This document shows, piece after piece, positions 1 to 11,900 of a stretch of 64,000 nt of DNA (within the stretch, counting starts at the first letter, position 1; every line of letters begins with the position of its first letter). Source of the stretch: Balanoglossus misakiensis (lineage: Eukaryota > Animalia > Hemichordata); NCBI GenBank assembly GCA_040954595.2, contig CM082593.2, forward strand, positions 4,481,434 to 4,545,433, written 5' to 3'. The position numbers and the translations under genes were made by a program. Under the pieces are notes generated by a model. It worked only from the letters and a program-made list of their open reading frames with translations, was not told the origin of the DNA and did no database searches.

Positions 1-495
1 CCACAAAGTCGACCTCATTAAACTGAAAACATAAGGTGTCGGGGTGGTGTCTTCACCTACAAAACATATTATTTAGTAATATAAATTGAAGACTTTTTCC
101 GTGTGAAAGCATTATATCTAGCGTATGGTAAAGTCGTCTAAACTGTCCCAAAATATAGAACTGGCTGAGTTCATTCCTAAGGACCTGACAACAAATTTCA
201 AAAGCAATCGGACAAGATTTCTGAAACCAAAAAATAACAAAAACGCAAGCTATCACATTTCTTCCCGATTTGAATAAATCTGGCTTCGATCTCAAACAGA
301 ATTTAAGAAAATTGGGCAAGCTGACTATGAGATTTTTGAATTGTGTTTTTTTTAAATACTAAAATGACAAGAATTGCAGATGTTTTGACAATTTGAACAA
401 ACCAGACTTGGAATACCCTTAGGGAGTCGACCGACGACGATGGACAACCAGCTTATTTGATAAGCAATGCGTGGCTGACAGCGGAGCTTATCAAA
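1..495 (+). mobile_element. Probable 3' part of a non-autonomous Helentron/HINE(DINE)-like element
   Basis: AT-rich body, then a short GAC/GACG run (428-445), then a terminal hairpin with a perfect 10-bp stem: TTTGATAAGC (456-465) / GCTTATCAAA (486-495), 20-nt loop. This layout resembles HINE/DINE-type 3' ends. The left boundary is not visible. Confidence 0.4.
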
Positions 496-1705
496 GGTAT
501 ATAACATTGATAAAGGGTGGTGTAGGGCCAACGTGCACTAAATCTTGTAATATCTGTTTTCCGTTGTTTTTCTATTATGTTTAACCGATTAAATTGATGT
601 ACATATTGTTTACTCTTCAAAACAAACAAGGGGCTGCTTAAGTCTGAGTGTTAATCCATGTCAACCTGAAAGGGTGATCGGACAGAAATTGAGGAAAACA
701 GCAACGCAGACAAGGGAATTAATAGAAACCCAGTAATAGATCAAAGGGAATATTTTGTCAGATATCAACGCGCGCACCAGTCAGTACAGAAGACCCGTGT
801 TCTCGCATCGGGGAAACGTCGGTGAAATTACCAATACCTGTTCGAAGCTCGTGAAAAATAAACGATAAAAGAGATTGAGTTACAATTACATTAGAGTAGA
901 AATCCTGCCAAAAGCGCCGACTTGAGGCAAATGGCGTGTAAGCCGAGACTTTGTTTCTTATCAAACGTGATATATGAAGAATCTGATTTGATATTCTGAA
1001 GCCACCGCCGAATACGAATCACTTTGAGGGCGCAGAAGTTAGAATTGGTTTGTGATCAACGATTAGATGAACGTCACCTGCGTTTAATAAAATCTTTTAT
1101 TTTAAGGTCGACCAAATATCAGTATCTGCATGATGACAGGGAGCACAGCTATGATTTAAATATCAACGCACGGCTCTCAACTTGTGTATTGTTGGATCAA
1201 TTAACGATCCGTAAGTATACATTTGTTTCAGTAGAAAATTTGCACGAAATGGTCCCGAAAAGATGGGCAGATTTGACTATAAAAAAAAAGTGTATCATCT
1301 TCAGTGCTGTGAATTTTTAAAGTGTATTGGATGTGGTATTACACTTGTTTCGCCTTGGGTCAACAATATCGGCAAGTCAGCTGTGTCACCAGACATGCCT
1401 ACAGAGCATTTCTTCATCGACAATGCATTAAGTGTTGTGAAATATTTAAAAGCTGGCTTTGAATTTTTGATCGCGGCCGTTTGCTGTAATTTTAGGGAGT
1501 AATATAACATAATTGCCCGCCAGCAGAAACCTTTGTACCGAGATGCCATGAAGATATTGTTGAATCACCGTATTCTCCTCAGTTGATCACTACTCATCAG
1601 CGACATTTTACTCTACCTTTACTAAATGGTGAACAAAGTTCGTATTTCTAATTACAATTGACAATTTTGGATTAGATTTAAATTTAAATCAAACTTTTTC
1701 ATTTT

Positions 1706-1751
1706 GTATATGTATGCATGCATGTATGTATCTATGTATTGTATGTATGTG
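1706..1751. repeat. Degenerate (TATG)n microsatellite
   Basis: tgtatatgtatgcatgcatgtatgtatctatgtattgtatgtatgt read directly. Confidence 0.6.
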
Positions 1752-3060
1752 TTACCTGTTTATTGATCTATCGATCTATCTTGCACATTGGCTCTGGCGA
1801 TTTGCTGACGATTAAGCTTAAAGATGGAAATGGTGCCAAAGTGTCATGGATGAAGGATGTAGACAGAATGGCGCAGGGAAACGCTTACACCTGCAAGCTT
1901 TCTGGCAGGTTGTCGTCGTCTTCACTCCATTGTCAATCATACAGCACAACAATCACGTCGTCAACCATGACGACAAAAGCGAAGATTAACGAACCGACAG
2001 AGATTACCGTCCACTTTTTTGGCCGTTATCATCGAGTGTAACAGTAGAAGACAAAATCATATTACTTTCCTGTCCAATAACAAAAGAAACTTTGCAATGT
2101 CTAATTTGGAAACTCTTATCCGAGTCTTTAAGCTGGAAATGTCCCGGCGAGATAAGAGGGCCTATCATTGTTGTATCGTTTTCCTACTGACGATTCGTCA
2201 GATCTGACATCAAATATTTACCGGTGGAACTGCCACTTCTCCTTCAAGCGGTCGCTGCTTGCATGTCACATTTAAATAAATAATTACTCCAGATACGTGT
2301 ACTGACCACCCTAAGATATGTGCTTTCCGGGTTCTAATTCCCGCGTGGGTATACGGGCGATGACTCGGAACGCCAGCGATTATCCAACTTTCAGTCGGCG
2401 GAAATTGGGGAAAAAGTTTCTTTTCGCTCAGGCCACCAAGGGTGCAACTGATTTTCTGACTGCTATATGTATACGCGCGCTGTAATTAGTTCGTTCATGT
2501 GCAATGAAATTGTTGTTACAGCTAAACATTGGAAAATGCTCGGTCTTTATAAATACAACATGGCGTCCAGTAATTGAAAATCGAATCACTTCCTGATTAG
2601 TCCGCTTAGCGTCTACTTGAAATTGGCGCGACAGTAACGGATCAGTTGATCTTTGCATAAAGTTGGAGCGCATTTTTTCTATACCTGTGCTTACTTCCCG
2701 AGTCTAGTTTTTTTTATCAATTCGCACTTTACGACAGATGAAAAAAGTCGGATTCTCGGTTGATTAATATGATTGGTTTATCGGTCGGTTAATATATATT
2801 CATCGATCTGACTGACTCGTTTATTCTTGTGTGTCGATCTGTGTTGCATTGCCTGCGTGTTGATTTTCAACATTTTAGTATTTTCTGGGTTATTTTTCTT
2901 CGGCCTGAATTGTTCCTGCATTTTGTGATCTCCCTCTCTGCTGTAATAAAACTTTAGAGATACACTTTATATTAAGCATGACATGACTGCTTTTGAGTTA
3001 AAACAAAGCGGAGTGTGGGGAGATCTACTCCCGGTTTTCTGTGTTTATAAGTGAGTATTA

Positions 3061-5967
3061 TTTTATTTATTTTTATTTTTTTTATTTATTCTTTAATTCA
3101 GGCCGTATGCCCATACTGTAAAAAAAAAACATACAAAACAAACCCAGAAACTACTCCATAAAAGAAAGACACAAAAGAAAAAAAAATCCCAAAAACTTAA
3201 TAAAGAACAACCCTGCAATGCCCCCAGAATGTAGATAAAAAGTAACAGTCAGTCTGTATACAGCTGCGGATAACCGGGTTACCGCTTTTTTGTAAGCGTT
3301 GGCAAAAGGAAAAAACCAATTTTCGATGTAGCGAGGTGAAGTTCAAAATATTCCTACTTACAAAGTTATGACTTATGCTTACATCGCGTTTCAGATTAAA
3401 AATCAATCTTAAGGCATTGTTATACGCAACTTTTAAAGTAGACATTTGTTTGACACTGTAGTTACACCACACGTTAAGACAATAAACACTATATAAAAAA
3501 CTTTTAAAAAGAGTGCACTTCACCTTATGTGAGCAATGGCCAAAATTACGCAAAATAAAATTAGCTCTAGCATAAAAGCAACGAAGCTGCCGCTGCATAT
3601 CAGCATCATCCATACCCGAAGAGGACATAATATAGCCAAGATACTTTTTTGTACATACATACTTAAGAGGTTTACCGTACAAATATACACAAGGAATTCT
3701 GTGTGCTTTCCAAGACTTTGGGAAAATTGCCATACACTCTGTCTTTGCAGTATGAAAAATAATATCATGCTCATTTCCATAAAGTTCGCAAATGTTACTC
3801 AGTTTCTGTAATGCTTTGACCGACGGACAAATCAAGACTAAATCGTCTGCATAGAACAAATGGTTAACAATGGTATTAGCTAGGTAACAGCCAACCCCGG
3901 CTGATTGCAGCTGACCGCTTAAATCATCTACATAAATAGCGAACAGTTTGGGTGAAAGAATACTTCCTTGCCGTACACCGTTAATAACACTGAAGGAATT
4001 AGAAATTACAGATGCCCAGCGCACAGAAAAGCATTGATTACTATACCAATATTGTAAAATACGAATAATAAAAAGAGGTATCTTGCAGTTAATCAGTTTT
4101 CTAAACAAAGTCCAGTGGTTGACCCTATCAAAAGCTTTCGTAGCATCCATAAAACAGAGGTAAACTGGCGTATTATGCCTCTTATAAAAGTCAACAATTT
4201 CTTTGAGAACAAAGATACACATGTCGGTAGAGTGATTACTTTTAAAACCAAACTGTAAATTGCTTGTATCTAAGAGTGAATCAATACGAGATAGAATACA
4301 AAGTTCCAGAACTTTCGAGATGGCCGTGACAATTGCAATGGGCCTATAATTATCCACAGAAGTAAGATCTTTGGATTTATCCTTCACAATAGGACAAATA
4401 ATGGCGTGCATTAAAGTCTCGGGTAAATAACCATGTGTAAAAAAACTAGTAAAACATAAACTCAACATAACGCAAATGATTGGACTTGCATACATGAGAT
4501 GTTCGGCACCAAGACCATCATAGCCCAATGCCTTTCCCTTCTCAAGCTTATCAATACACCCTTTTAGTTCCATCGCAGTAACAACCATGGCATTGTTGTG
4601 GGAACCAGTTTCATTTAACGATGACAATACAAATGCTCTATCACGACAGTTCGAAACAGAATTCAACAAACTTTCATAATGTTGTTTCCACATATCGGCA
4701 ACATTTTCATGACCGGTGCAGCCACCTACACTGGTCGGAAGCGAAGATAAACAACCACGAGTGGTATGTACAGACTGCCAAAACTTACGTGTGCCCCCCT
4801 GCGTCAAGTTGTTGGCCAAAGCCTGGGCCCTGGCTAGGTTTTCATCTCTTCTACACGCCCGTAAAACCGACTTAAATTTTGCACGAGTTCTGCGCATGAG
4901 ATCAAAGAGCGGGCCAAACCTAGGCCTGCCATTAGCAGCCCATAATTTAAATGCATCACGAGCGGCATTGTGAAAATCACGTACATGTTCATTCCAACCT
5001 GGAACAGTTTTAAAACCCAACCCCTCTGCCTTCGAAGCAGGAATGCAGTTCAACGCAGCTGATTTAAGAGAAGTAACAATATTCGAATACAAAGAATTTA
5101 GACTGCTAATGTGATCTATATTCTTACAGTTAGGATCTCGACATATAAGAGCAACATTTGGGATATCCAGTCTACGGAGTAAGCACTCCGTCATATGTTC
5201 ATAAGCAGACAAGTTCCTGGGTGTCGCTTTACTCCAGTTAGGCTTCACATGAGCATTGGTCACATTTTGTGGAGTCGGATCTGTATGTACTAACCCAACA
5301 ATATCAATATTTACAGAAAGAGGAAAATGGTCAGAGGACACATAATCATACAAAATACCAATACTAGAAATAGCATTATGTACTGCATGGGTGCTCAAAA
5401 TATGGTCCAACCAACCAGTACTACCATGTGCATCACTAACGAATGTAAAATTATCATTGCATCTACCAAGCTTTTCAACATCGGAGATATACAAATTATG
5501 TTCTTTACAAAAAATATCAAGCTCCCTAGCAAATATTGTACCAAAGTTAGCGTTAAAATCGCCAAGAATTATAACATTCGTTGTGTCAATATCATTAATA
5601 ATGCAATTAATTTTTGCCAAATAATTCATATAATTGTCAAAATTTTCCCCAGAACAGGTCGGAAGGTACGCACATAAAATAAAAAGTTTTCCAGAAGATG
5701 TAACAATATCAGCACCTAAAAGTCTTGTATCATCTAAATATTTTATTGAAAAGTTTTGTCCCAAGGATTTACGCCACATGATTGCAACTCCACCAAATGG
5801 ACGCCCGATGCGAATTCCACAGTCATCTTGAATGGCAGAAATACCGCATGCATTAAAGTCTTTGTGAATACTCGATAGAAGAGGTAGTTCCGCTTCCGTC
5901 AGCCAGTGTTCTTGAACGAGTATAACATCATGATCGTTACAGAGAGACATAATAGTATTAAAAAGAC
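3061..5967 (-). mobile_element. 5'-truncated non-LTR retrotransposon (LINE, RTE-X-like), young insertion
   Basis: Contains an intact ORF2 and a short 3' UTR. It ends in an (AATAA/A)n tail (about 3061-3094, minus strand). A 7-bp direct repeat AGTATTA at 3054-3060 and 5968-5974 is a candidate TSD. No ORF1 is present. Confidence 0.9.
3197..5950 (-). CDS. LINE ORF2: APE-type endonuclease + reverse transcriptase (917 aa; first endonuclease motif lost by 5' truncation)
   Basis: Endonuclease motifs QEHWL, GRPFGGV, YLP, GDFN, LDH and SDHFPL. RT motifs NYRPIA, QFGFK, DATKAFDRV, GVRQGSILSP, YADD and KYLG. No stops or frameshifts. The PGWN..V...W...GRPR.G linker suggests the RTE-X clade (from memory, not searched). 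Confidence 0.93.
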   Translation of the reverse strand: MSLCNDHDVILVQEHWLTEAELPLLSSIHKDFNACGISAIQDDCGIRIGRPFGGVAIMWRKSLGQNFSIKYLDDTRLLGADIVTSSGKLFILCAYLPTCSGENFDNYMNYLAKINCIINDIDTTNVIILGDFNANFGTIFARELDIFCKEHNLYISDVEKLGRCNDNFTFVSDAHGSTGWLDHILSTHAVHNAISSIGILYDYVSSDHFPLSVNIDIVGLVHTDPTPQNVTNAHVKPNWSKATPRNLSAYEHMTECLLRRLDIPNVALICRDPNCKNIDHISSLNSLYSNIVTSLKSAALNCIPASKAEGLGFKTVPGWNEHVRDFHNAARDAFKLWAANGRPRFGPLFDLMRRTRAKFKSVLRACRRDENLARAQALANNLTQGGTRKFWQSVHTTRGCLSSLPTSVGGCTGHENVADMWKQHYESLLNSVSNCRDRAFVLSSLNETGSHNNAMVVTAMELKGCIDKLEKGKALGYDGLGAEHLMYASPIICVMLSLCFTSFFTHGYLPETLMHAIICPIVKDKSKDLTSVDNYRPIAIVTAISKVLELCILSRIDSLLDTSNLQFGFKSNHSTDMCIFVLKEIVDFYKRHNTPVYLCFMDATKAFDRVNHWTLFRKLINCKIPLFIIRILQYWYSNQCFSVRWASVISNSFSVINGVRQGSILSPKLFAIYVDDLSGQLQSAGVGCYLANTIVNHLFYADDLVLICPSVKALQKLSNICELYGNEHDIIFHTAKTECMAIFPKSWKAHRIPCVYLYGKPLKYVCTKKYLGYIMSSSGMDDADMQRQLRCFYARANFILRNFGHCSHKVKCTLFKSFLYSVYCLNVWCNYSVKQMSTLKVAYNNALRLIFNLKRDVSISHNFVSRNILNFTSLHRKLVFSFCQRLQKSGNPVIRSCIQTDCYFLSTFWGHCRVVLY

Positions 5968-8900
5968 AGTATTAAAAAGGCCATTGCATTGAATGTGTAT
6001 GGAGGAACTGTGTGGTGAATGTCCACAGTGGGATGGTTAGCAGCGGAGCGTTACAAATCTCTAGATCTTGGGCTTACTGGCTAAACATGCTCCGTTTGTT
6101 CAGAACCTGGCGCTTACTCTCTCTGTTTTTGTTTCGCATTGTGTGTCGAGTTCAGCCAAAGCCGGACCTGCGCCAGGTAATCACAAACGCCGTCTTCCCC
6201 GGGCTGTGTTGATTTAATCAACAGGTATTCCTCTGTGACGCTCGCCTTCTCTCGTGTGTTCTGCTATTCCGGCAAATTTTATCCAGTGTCGCTCGACGCG
6301 GTGTCCCTATGCGCAAAACTCGCGTTGTCGATTTTTTCTTGCATTTCCCGATTCTAGCTATTTCTGTCAGCGTCGCTTGGCAGTATTAGACGGACGCCGC
6401 GCCAGAGCCAAAGTCTGCGACAACGACAACATCAGCGCCAATTTAATCCGTTGAAATAACCGCAAACGCACCGATACTTATTTTCCTATGTTTTCCCCGC
6501 GACAACTGCGAAGTGAGACGGAAACTCTACACCGACGATTAACAGAAATATCCCTAATTTGAATGTATATCCACTTAACTTCATCTCAGTTGTGTTGTTG
6601 TTGCCCGGTTTATGAACAAAGGTCTTATCTGTGGCTGTCGGATTCCGAAACGGTGTAATTTTCCTCCCCTCGCGTTTGTTTGATGATCGGCCGGCTAACA
6701 CAACCACTTTAGTTTTCGCAGCGGCACACATAAAAGCATCTCTTGTTGCTGGTATCGAATTAATTGATTCGTGTTAAAAATTGCCGTCAAAATAACACCA
6801 AAACGGCAATCCGACGTTTAGCATTTGTTTGTCTGCCCTGACCGAGGACAACTTACCGTGTGCGCACAGCCATTAGGAATTGTAACGCGTTATAAATATT
6901 AATTGATGGGAATCGTGTTCCGTTCGCGGCCGTAACTAAGCGTCATCGACTTTATCTCTGATTTTTCACATCCGTTAGTCAATGGATGACTGGCTGGCTT
7001 CTGTGTCGTGGCGTGCTTCAAACAGTCCGCTCAGTCACCAGAATTTCCCCCGATAACCGTTCCATCCCTTTTCTGTCGCTACTTTTCTACTGTTTCAAAA
7101 AACTAATTTTCCGGTTCCGATTCCGACGAAATGAAAAAGTCGTGTTTTGGCTGACGTTTGCTTAAAACAATCCCGGCGCAACTTTTGTAGTTTCAGGCTA
7201 TAAAGATAACACCGAAGGATCATTTCAGAAATTATACGGGACGGGGTAAAAAGTGACCCCTGATTATCTTTGTGCCGATAATCACTATGGCAGTCAACAC
7301 GTTTACCGCCCAAGTCTGCACTTGTGTCAACATTTCTATCAACCTATGACTTCAAATCGAAACTCGACTGTTTTATACTTATCACGAGCGGTATTACGGG
7401 GGAAAGTCTCACATTTCGGAGGATCGCATTTAAGTATTAAAATCTTTCTACAAAAAATGGACGACGACAACAAAGTTTAAACACACAGGATATTGTTCTT
7501 TTTCTAGGGGTTTTATGCAAGACACGTCGTGTTATTTGTGGATAGTGACTATAGGTGCATGCGGCCACTGTCTTTCGTTCCGATTTTGTTTTGTTTTGGC
7601 TTGAGTGTGTTTTTTGAGATCGGGTGCACTGATACCTGTCTGTCGACACCCGACTACTACGAGACCTCTGCAATGACATGCAAAGCTTGACAACATGCTT
7701 GGAATGCAGGAACTATGTTGATGCATATCTGCAGTAACGCGAAGTTTCAGCAAGCACAGCGCACGATACTTATGTCCAGAGCAGACATCATATGTATACC
7801 TGATGAGTTGTGTGGTTGTGTATGGAGATTGTTTTCCTAAATAACTCCGCTCAAAAAACGCGAAAACCAACAGTCCCCATGAAGTGCTAAATACATCAGT
7901 CATACACTGATTTACCAAGTGACCAGTCCTTTCATAATCTGAATATCTCACCTCATCAGGATACTAGATCTGACGTCAGGATTATTTACACATCGTCTGT
8001 TAAGATACTAACAACGGAATATAGTTATCAACGTTTTCTCGCTACATATTAAGTAGTTCCATAACAGCTTGGTCAACGAATATAACTGTCTTAATCGTCT
8101 TGCGAGACAAACCGTAAAACAAACATTTACCAAAGGCAAATCCAGGCGACGGCTTTCACAACTTTTCGAAAGATTGTTCGCATTATGAAGAAATAAAGGA
8201 GATGTCTTTCGCCACATTATATTTTTAATTCATTAGATGAAATCAAACGTTTCACTATCTTTGGTTTATTTTCAAACCAGGTCACTAACTTGCCGAACTT
8301 ATTTTGTTGTGGTCAGTGGTGCACCACAAATTGAACACCACACATCACATCGGACGCCGATGGTCCCGCACGAGAGTTTGCACTGTCTAATCGTATCGTC
8401 AGATACTTAGCTTCAAGTCGGTGGCGTCGCTACTCAACAGAAAACGGCGATTATGTGCACGTGATCAATCGCGGCGTTTCGCCAACATTGCAACGCAACG
8501 GCGGAGGGGGGGGGGGGAGACGCTCGTCATCCTCGTTCCCTTGCATATTCCTCGCGTAGATTTGAACACCATCTATAGTTATGCGTTTGCGGTGCTCATA
8601 GCGAGACATGGTGGCAACGGGCACACGGCATTTAGATCACAAGTAAACGACACTATCTTTATCGTGCACTGGAACTTATGCGGGTGGAATCTAAACAGTG
8701 TAGTATGCTGAGGAGAATTGTGTCGAACGACCTTCGCACGGCTTCATTTCCCACCAAGGTATACTACACTCGCATTGGAAAAATTGTCACGCCTTTATAG
8801 GTTTACCCAGAGCAGTCCATCGCACATGTCAATGAGATATAAACACACATATTTAAACAATCACATTGTCGATTTTAAGTCAGTCTGCGCAAATCTCGAA

Positions 8901-11900
8901 TTTCGCAATCTCTCCCAAATGCGATTTCTATTGATCGTCGGAGGACTGCATTTCATTATAAGTGGGTATGCAAATAAGCTTCGACTTTTGTATCGGGCTG
9001 GATACAAATCTGAACTGAGCCCCTTAATAACTTGAAGCATTCATTAAAACGCTACAAGGAAAATGACATTGTAGGAAGAACAATGCGCGTATCCGTTGCA
9101 TTATGCTTAGCAGAGTCTTGACGAACAACAACAAACTGTTTTCTAACATACCTCTTGTGGAATCGGGTCATACAATAGCCTACACCCAATACCAGCAAAA
9201 TGACTTGACTTATCTAGGCGGCTATTTTGGGCCCGGGCTATAGCATTAATTACGTGACAGGTAGCTTGTGGGGGAGTTTGGCAAACAAGACGATTGAATT
9301 CCTGACCAAAAGTACACCTGTAAGACAAGTTAACTTCACATTCCCCAACAAATTCACGGAGGAATTTTAAAAAGGGTTTTATTTTCCTGTCAGCAGCTCG
9401 ACAAGAATTCAAGTCACTCGCGGGTGTGTGTGTGCTGATTTCAGTCTTAGTTCCCACTAGGGCTATGTGTATACACGGTGTGTCTGTCTGTGCACAGGTA
9501 AAATAGAAACTTCCGTCGGAGGCAGTGGTGCAAGATTTAGCGTCACCCCGCACGCGATCCACTGGTGTTTAACACGGAGGGGTATAATAGGAAACGCAAA
9601 TCGTGACGAGTAACTTCTTCTTGTCTCTATGCTTGGCTAGGTGTGTTTTCGCAGCCCGCATTCCCATTCTTGGCGTTGACAATTGGCGCACTGTAGAACC
9701 GTGCCACCAGAGAAAAAAAAACAGTCTGCATAATATACGACTTTATTGTGAAGAAGCATTTGAATGGGAATAAAGGAAGTGAAAAGGGGTGAGGTCAACT
9801 GTATCTTCAGCTAAAGGAGGAGACCACTATCATAATTCATCCGATAACTATCTTCATTTACGTAAAACAACACCTATCACTTCAACAACTGGCACCGCAT
9901 TAAGTGCACTAAGATCACTGTTAATTTCGTTGCATTAATTAAGCTGCTTAACATGCAAAGGTCACTGAATCCGACAACTTGACATTGGCTATTCTGGCAG
10001 CTATTTGGAATGGTAATTTATGCGTCCAGCTCTTCATTGAAGACAGTGGATCATTGAATTGAAGTGAAATACCAGTAGAAAGTACTGCTTGGTGTTGTGC
10101 ACTATAATATATTCGGGCAGTATTTATGTCAGGCATTTTTTTCTTCCTGTAGAAACTAAACTAGGCTGCGTTATGTTGTGCAGTGATCTAGGTAATTGCG
10201 CATTCCCTTTTCAAGTGTACGCAGCGTTCCGAATAGTTTAATATCAGCGGAAAAGGTGTGAATATGTAGGTTAATTTCCTTTTTAGATAGTTGTGGAGTA
10301 TTGTCTATGTAATGTGTTGTAGTAGCTAGTGTACCCGGGGTTGAAAGTGTGGACCTGTTAGCACATACGAGTCAAACATGAATTGACAGAGCGCTAGTAT
10401 TGAATCTCAACTCGGCGAGCCCGCACCATTCATCTTGTCAACAGCACTCAAGAGTGATAGATTACAACTGTTTGTGGAAAGGGACCAGCGCATGGACGGT
10501 GTCAGTGGATCTTTGGCAGAGGCCGTGTAAGTATTGCCTCTTCAGATGACATGCACAATCGCCAGTCGAGCGAGAATACACCGTGTTTTTGAAAAAGCGA
10601 GTGAGTTGATTGTATAGCCTGGCGAATGTAAGCAGTGCACGTGGTGGTGTGACCATCAACACACCGCAGAAAAGTTTAACTTTGTTTTCTCCAAGTTTTT
10701 GTATGAATGCTTGGGCGAGTGAAGGAAATCGCGTTTGACCGATCAATACGTAACGCTAGCCGTGTTGACCACTGTTGAAATTGCTCGTTACACTTGGCTT
10801 GTCACATTGTTCCTTTCATTAAGGTTGTGTAAAAATCCGTATACGGGTTAAACTTAAGGCGATAATTCCTAAATGTCTGCCGCGGAAGCACAATGGTTGG
10901 AGGGGCTTGGCGCATTGCACGCTCAGTGGGTACGATTCTAAACACCACACCGTAATCGGTTGGCGCTCTTCCGTGTGCAAGATTTGTGGGACCAGTCCTC
11001 GCGCTGGGATAAGAGGGGAATTTGGGTGCCACTTACCGGAACGTCCCGAATGGGGCATCCTGGAATGGTGATACTGGCTTCGGTAAAGACCCAACGGGCA
11101 ACACGTGTTTTTTGGTGACGTTCAGTCGGCGCTCGTCGACTGCTGCAGATGAACTCGTTCGTACGTCTCACTACGTCTAGTGTATACGGATCCAGTGGAG
11201 CGAGACTACAGTATTGGTGTCCAACAAAGACCTGGCTTGATTGAGTCCTGAATTAATAAAGAAAAATAAATACAAGTAAACTTAGAATAAGCCTACTCAG
11301 TGACCAAGAAAAATCAACAATTATGGCGAAATAAGATGGATTCGCTCACCCGGGACACAAGCATCGACGCAACGACAGTGACAGTGACGTTTTCGTTCTG
11401 CAAACCCGCTTAATTGTTTTGCCTACTAACCCACAGTGACCGATACCCAGACCTTATTAAATATGCAAAACACAAGGCCTTACGTACAGGCACAGAGTGA
11501 AAACACCTCCTTTCAACATCGGGCAGACTTTACATATCTATGGGGCATCCGTGTCGTGATAGCCCTCCGCTGATTGGCCCCCACAGTGAATTTTCCCGCC
11601 TTTTTGCGGTCGTCTGACTACAAATCAATTTGGTAGCGTTTGGCTGACGACCCAAGCAAGGTGGGCGTGAAGCTCAACTTGAGGTGGACTACTGGTTTCT
11701 TTGGGGGATGACTTTGCGAGGACACTACATTGGCAGCGGCACTCTCACAGCCCCCACTGCAAGGACCGTCTGTGTGACGTGTCACCTGCATTGCATCACG
11801 CTGTAAAGTCATTTAGCACCGATCACGTGAGAATGCGAAGAACTTAAAGACCAAGGCGGAAAACAGGAATAGGGGAGTTACTGGTCACTGGTCTCATTTC

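Noticed and set aside
9143-9562. 139-aa minus-strand ORF
   Set aside because: Non-ATG start, no motif and no codon bias; it is more likely regulatory sequence.
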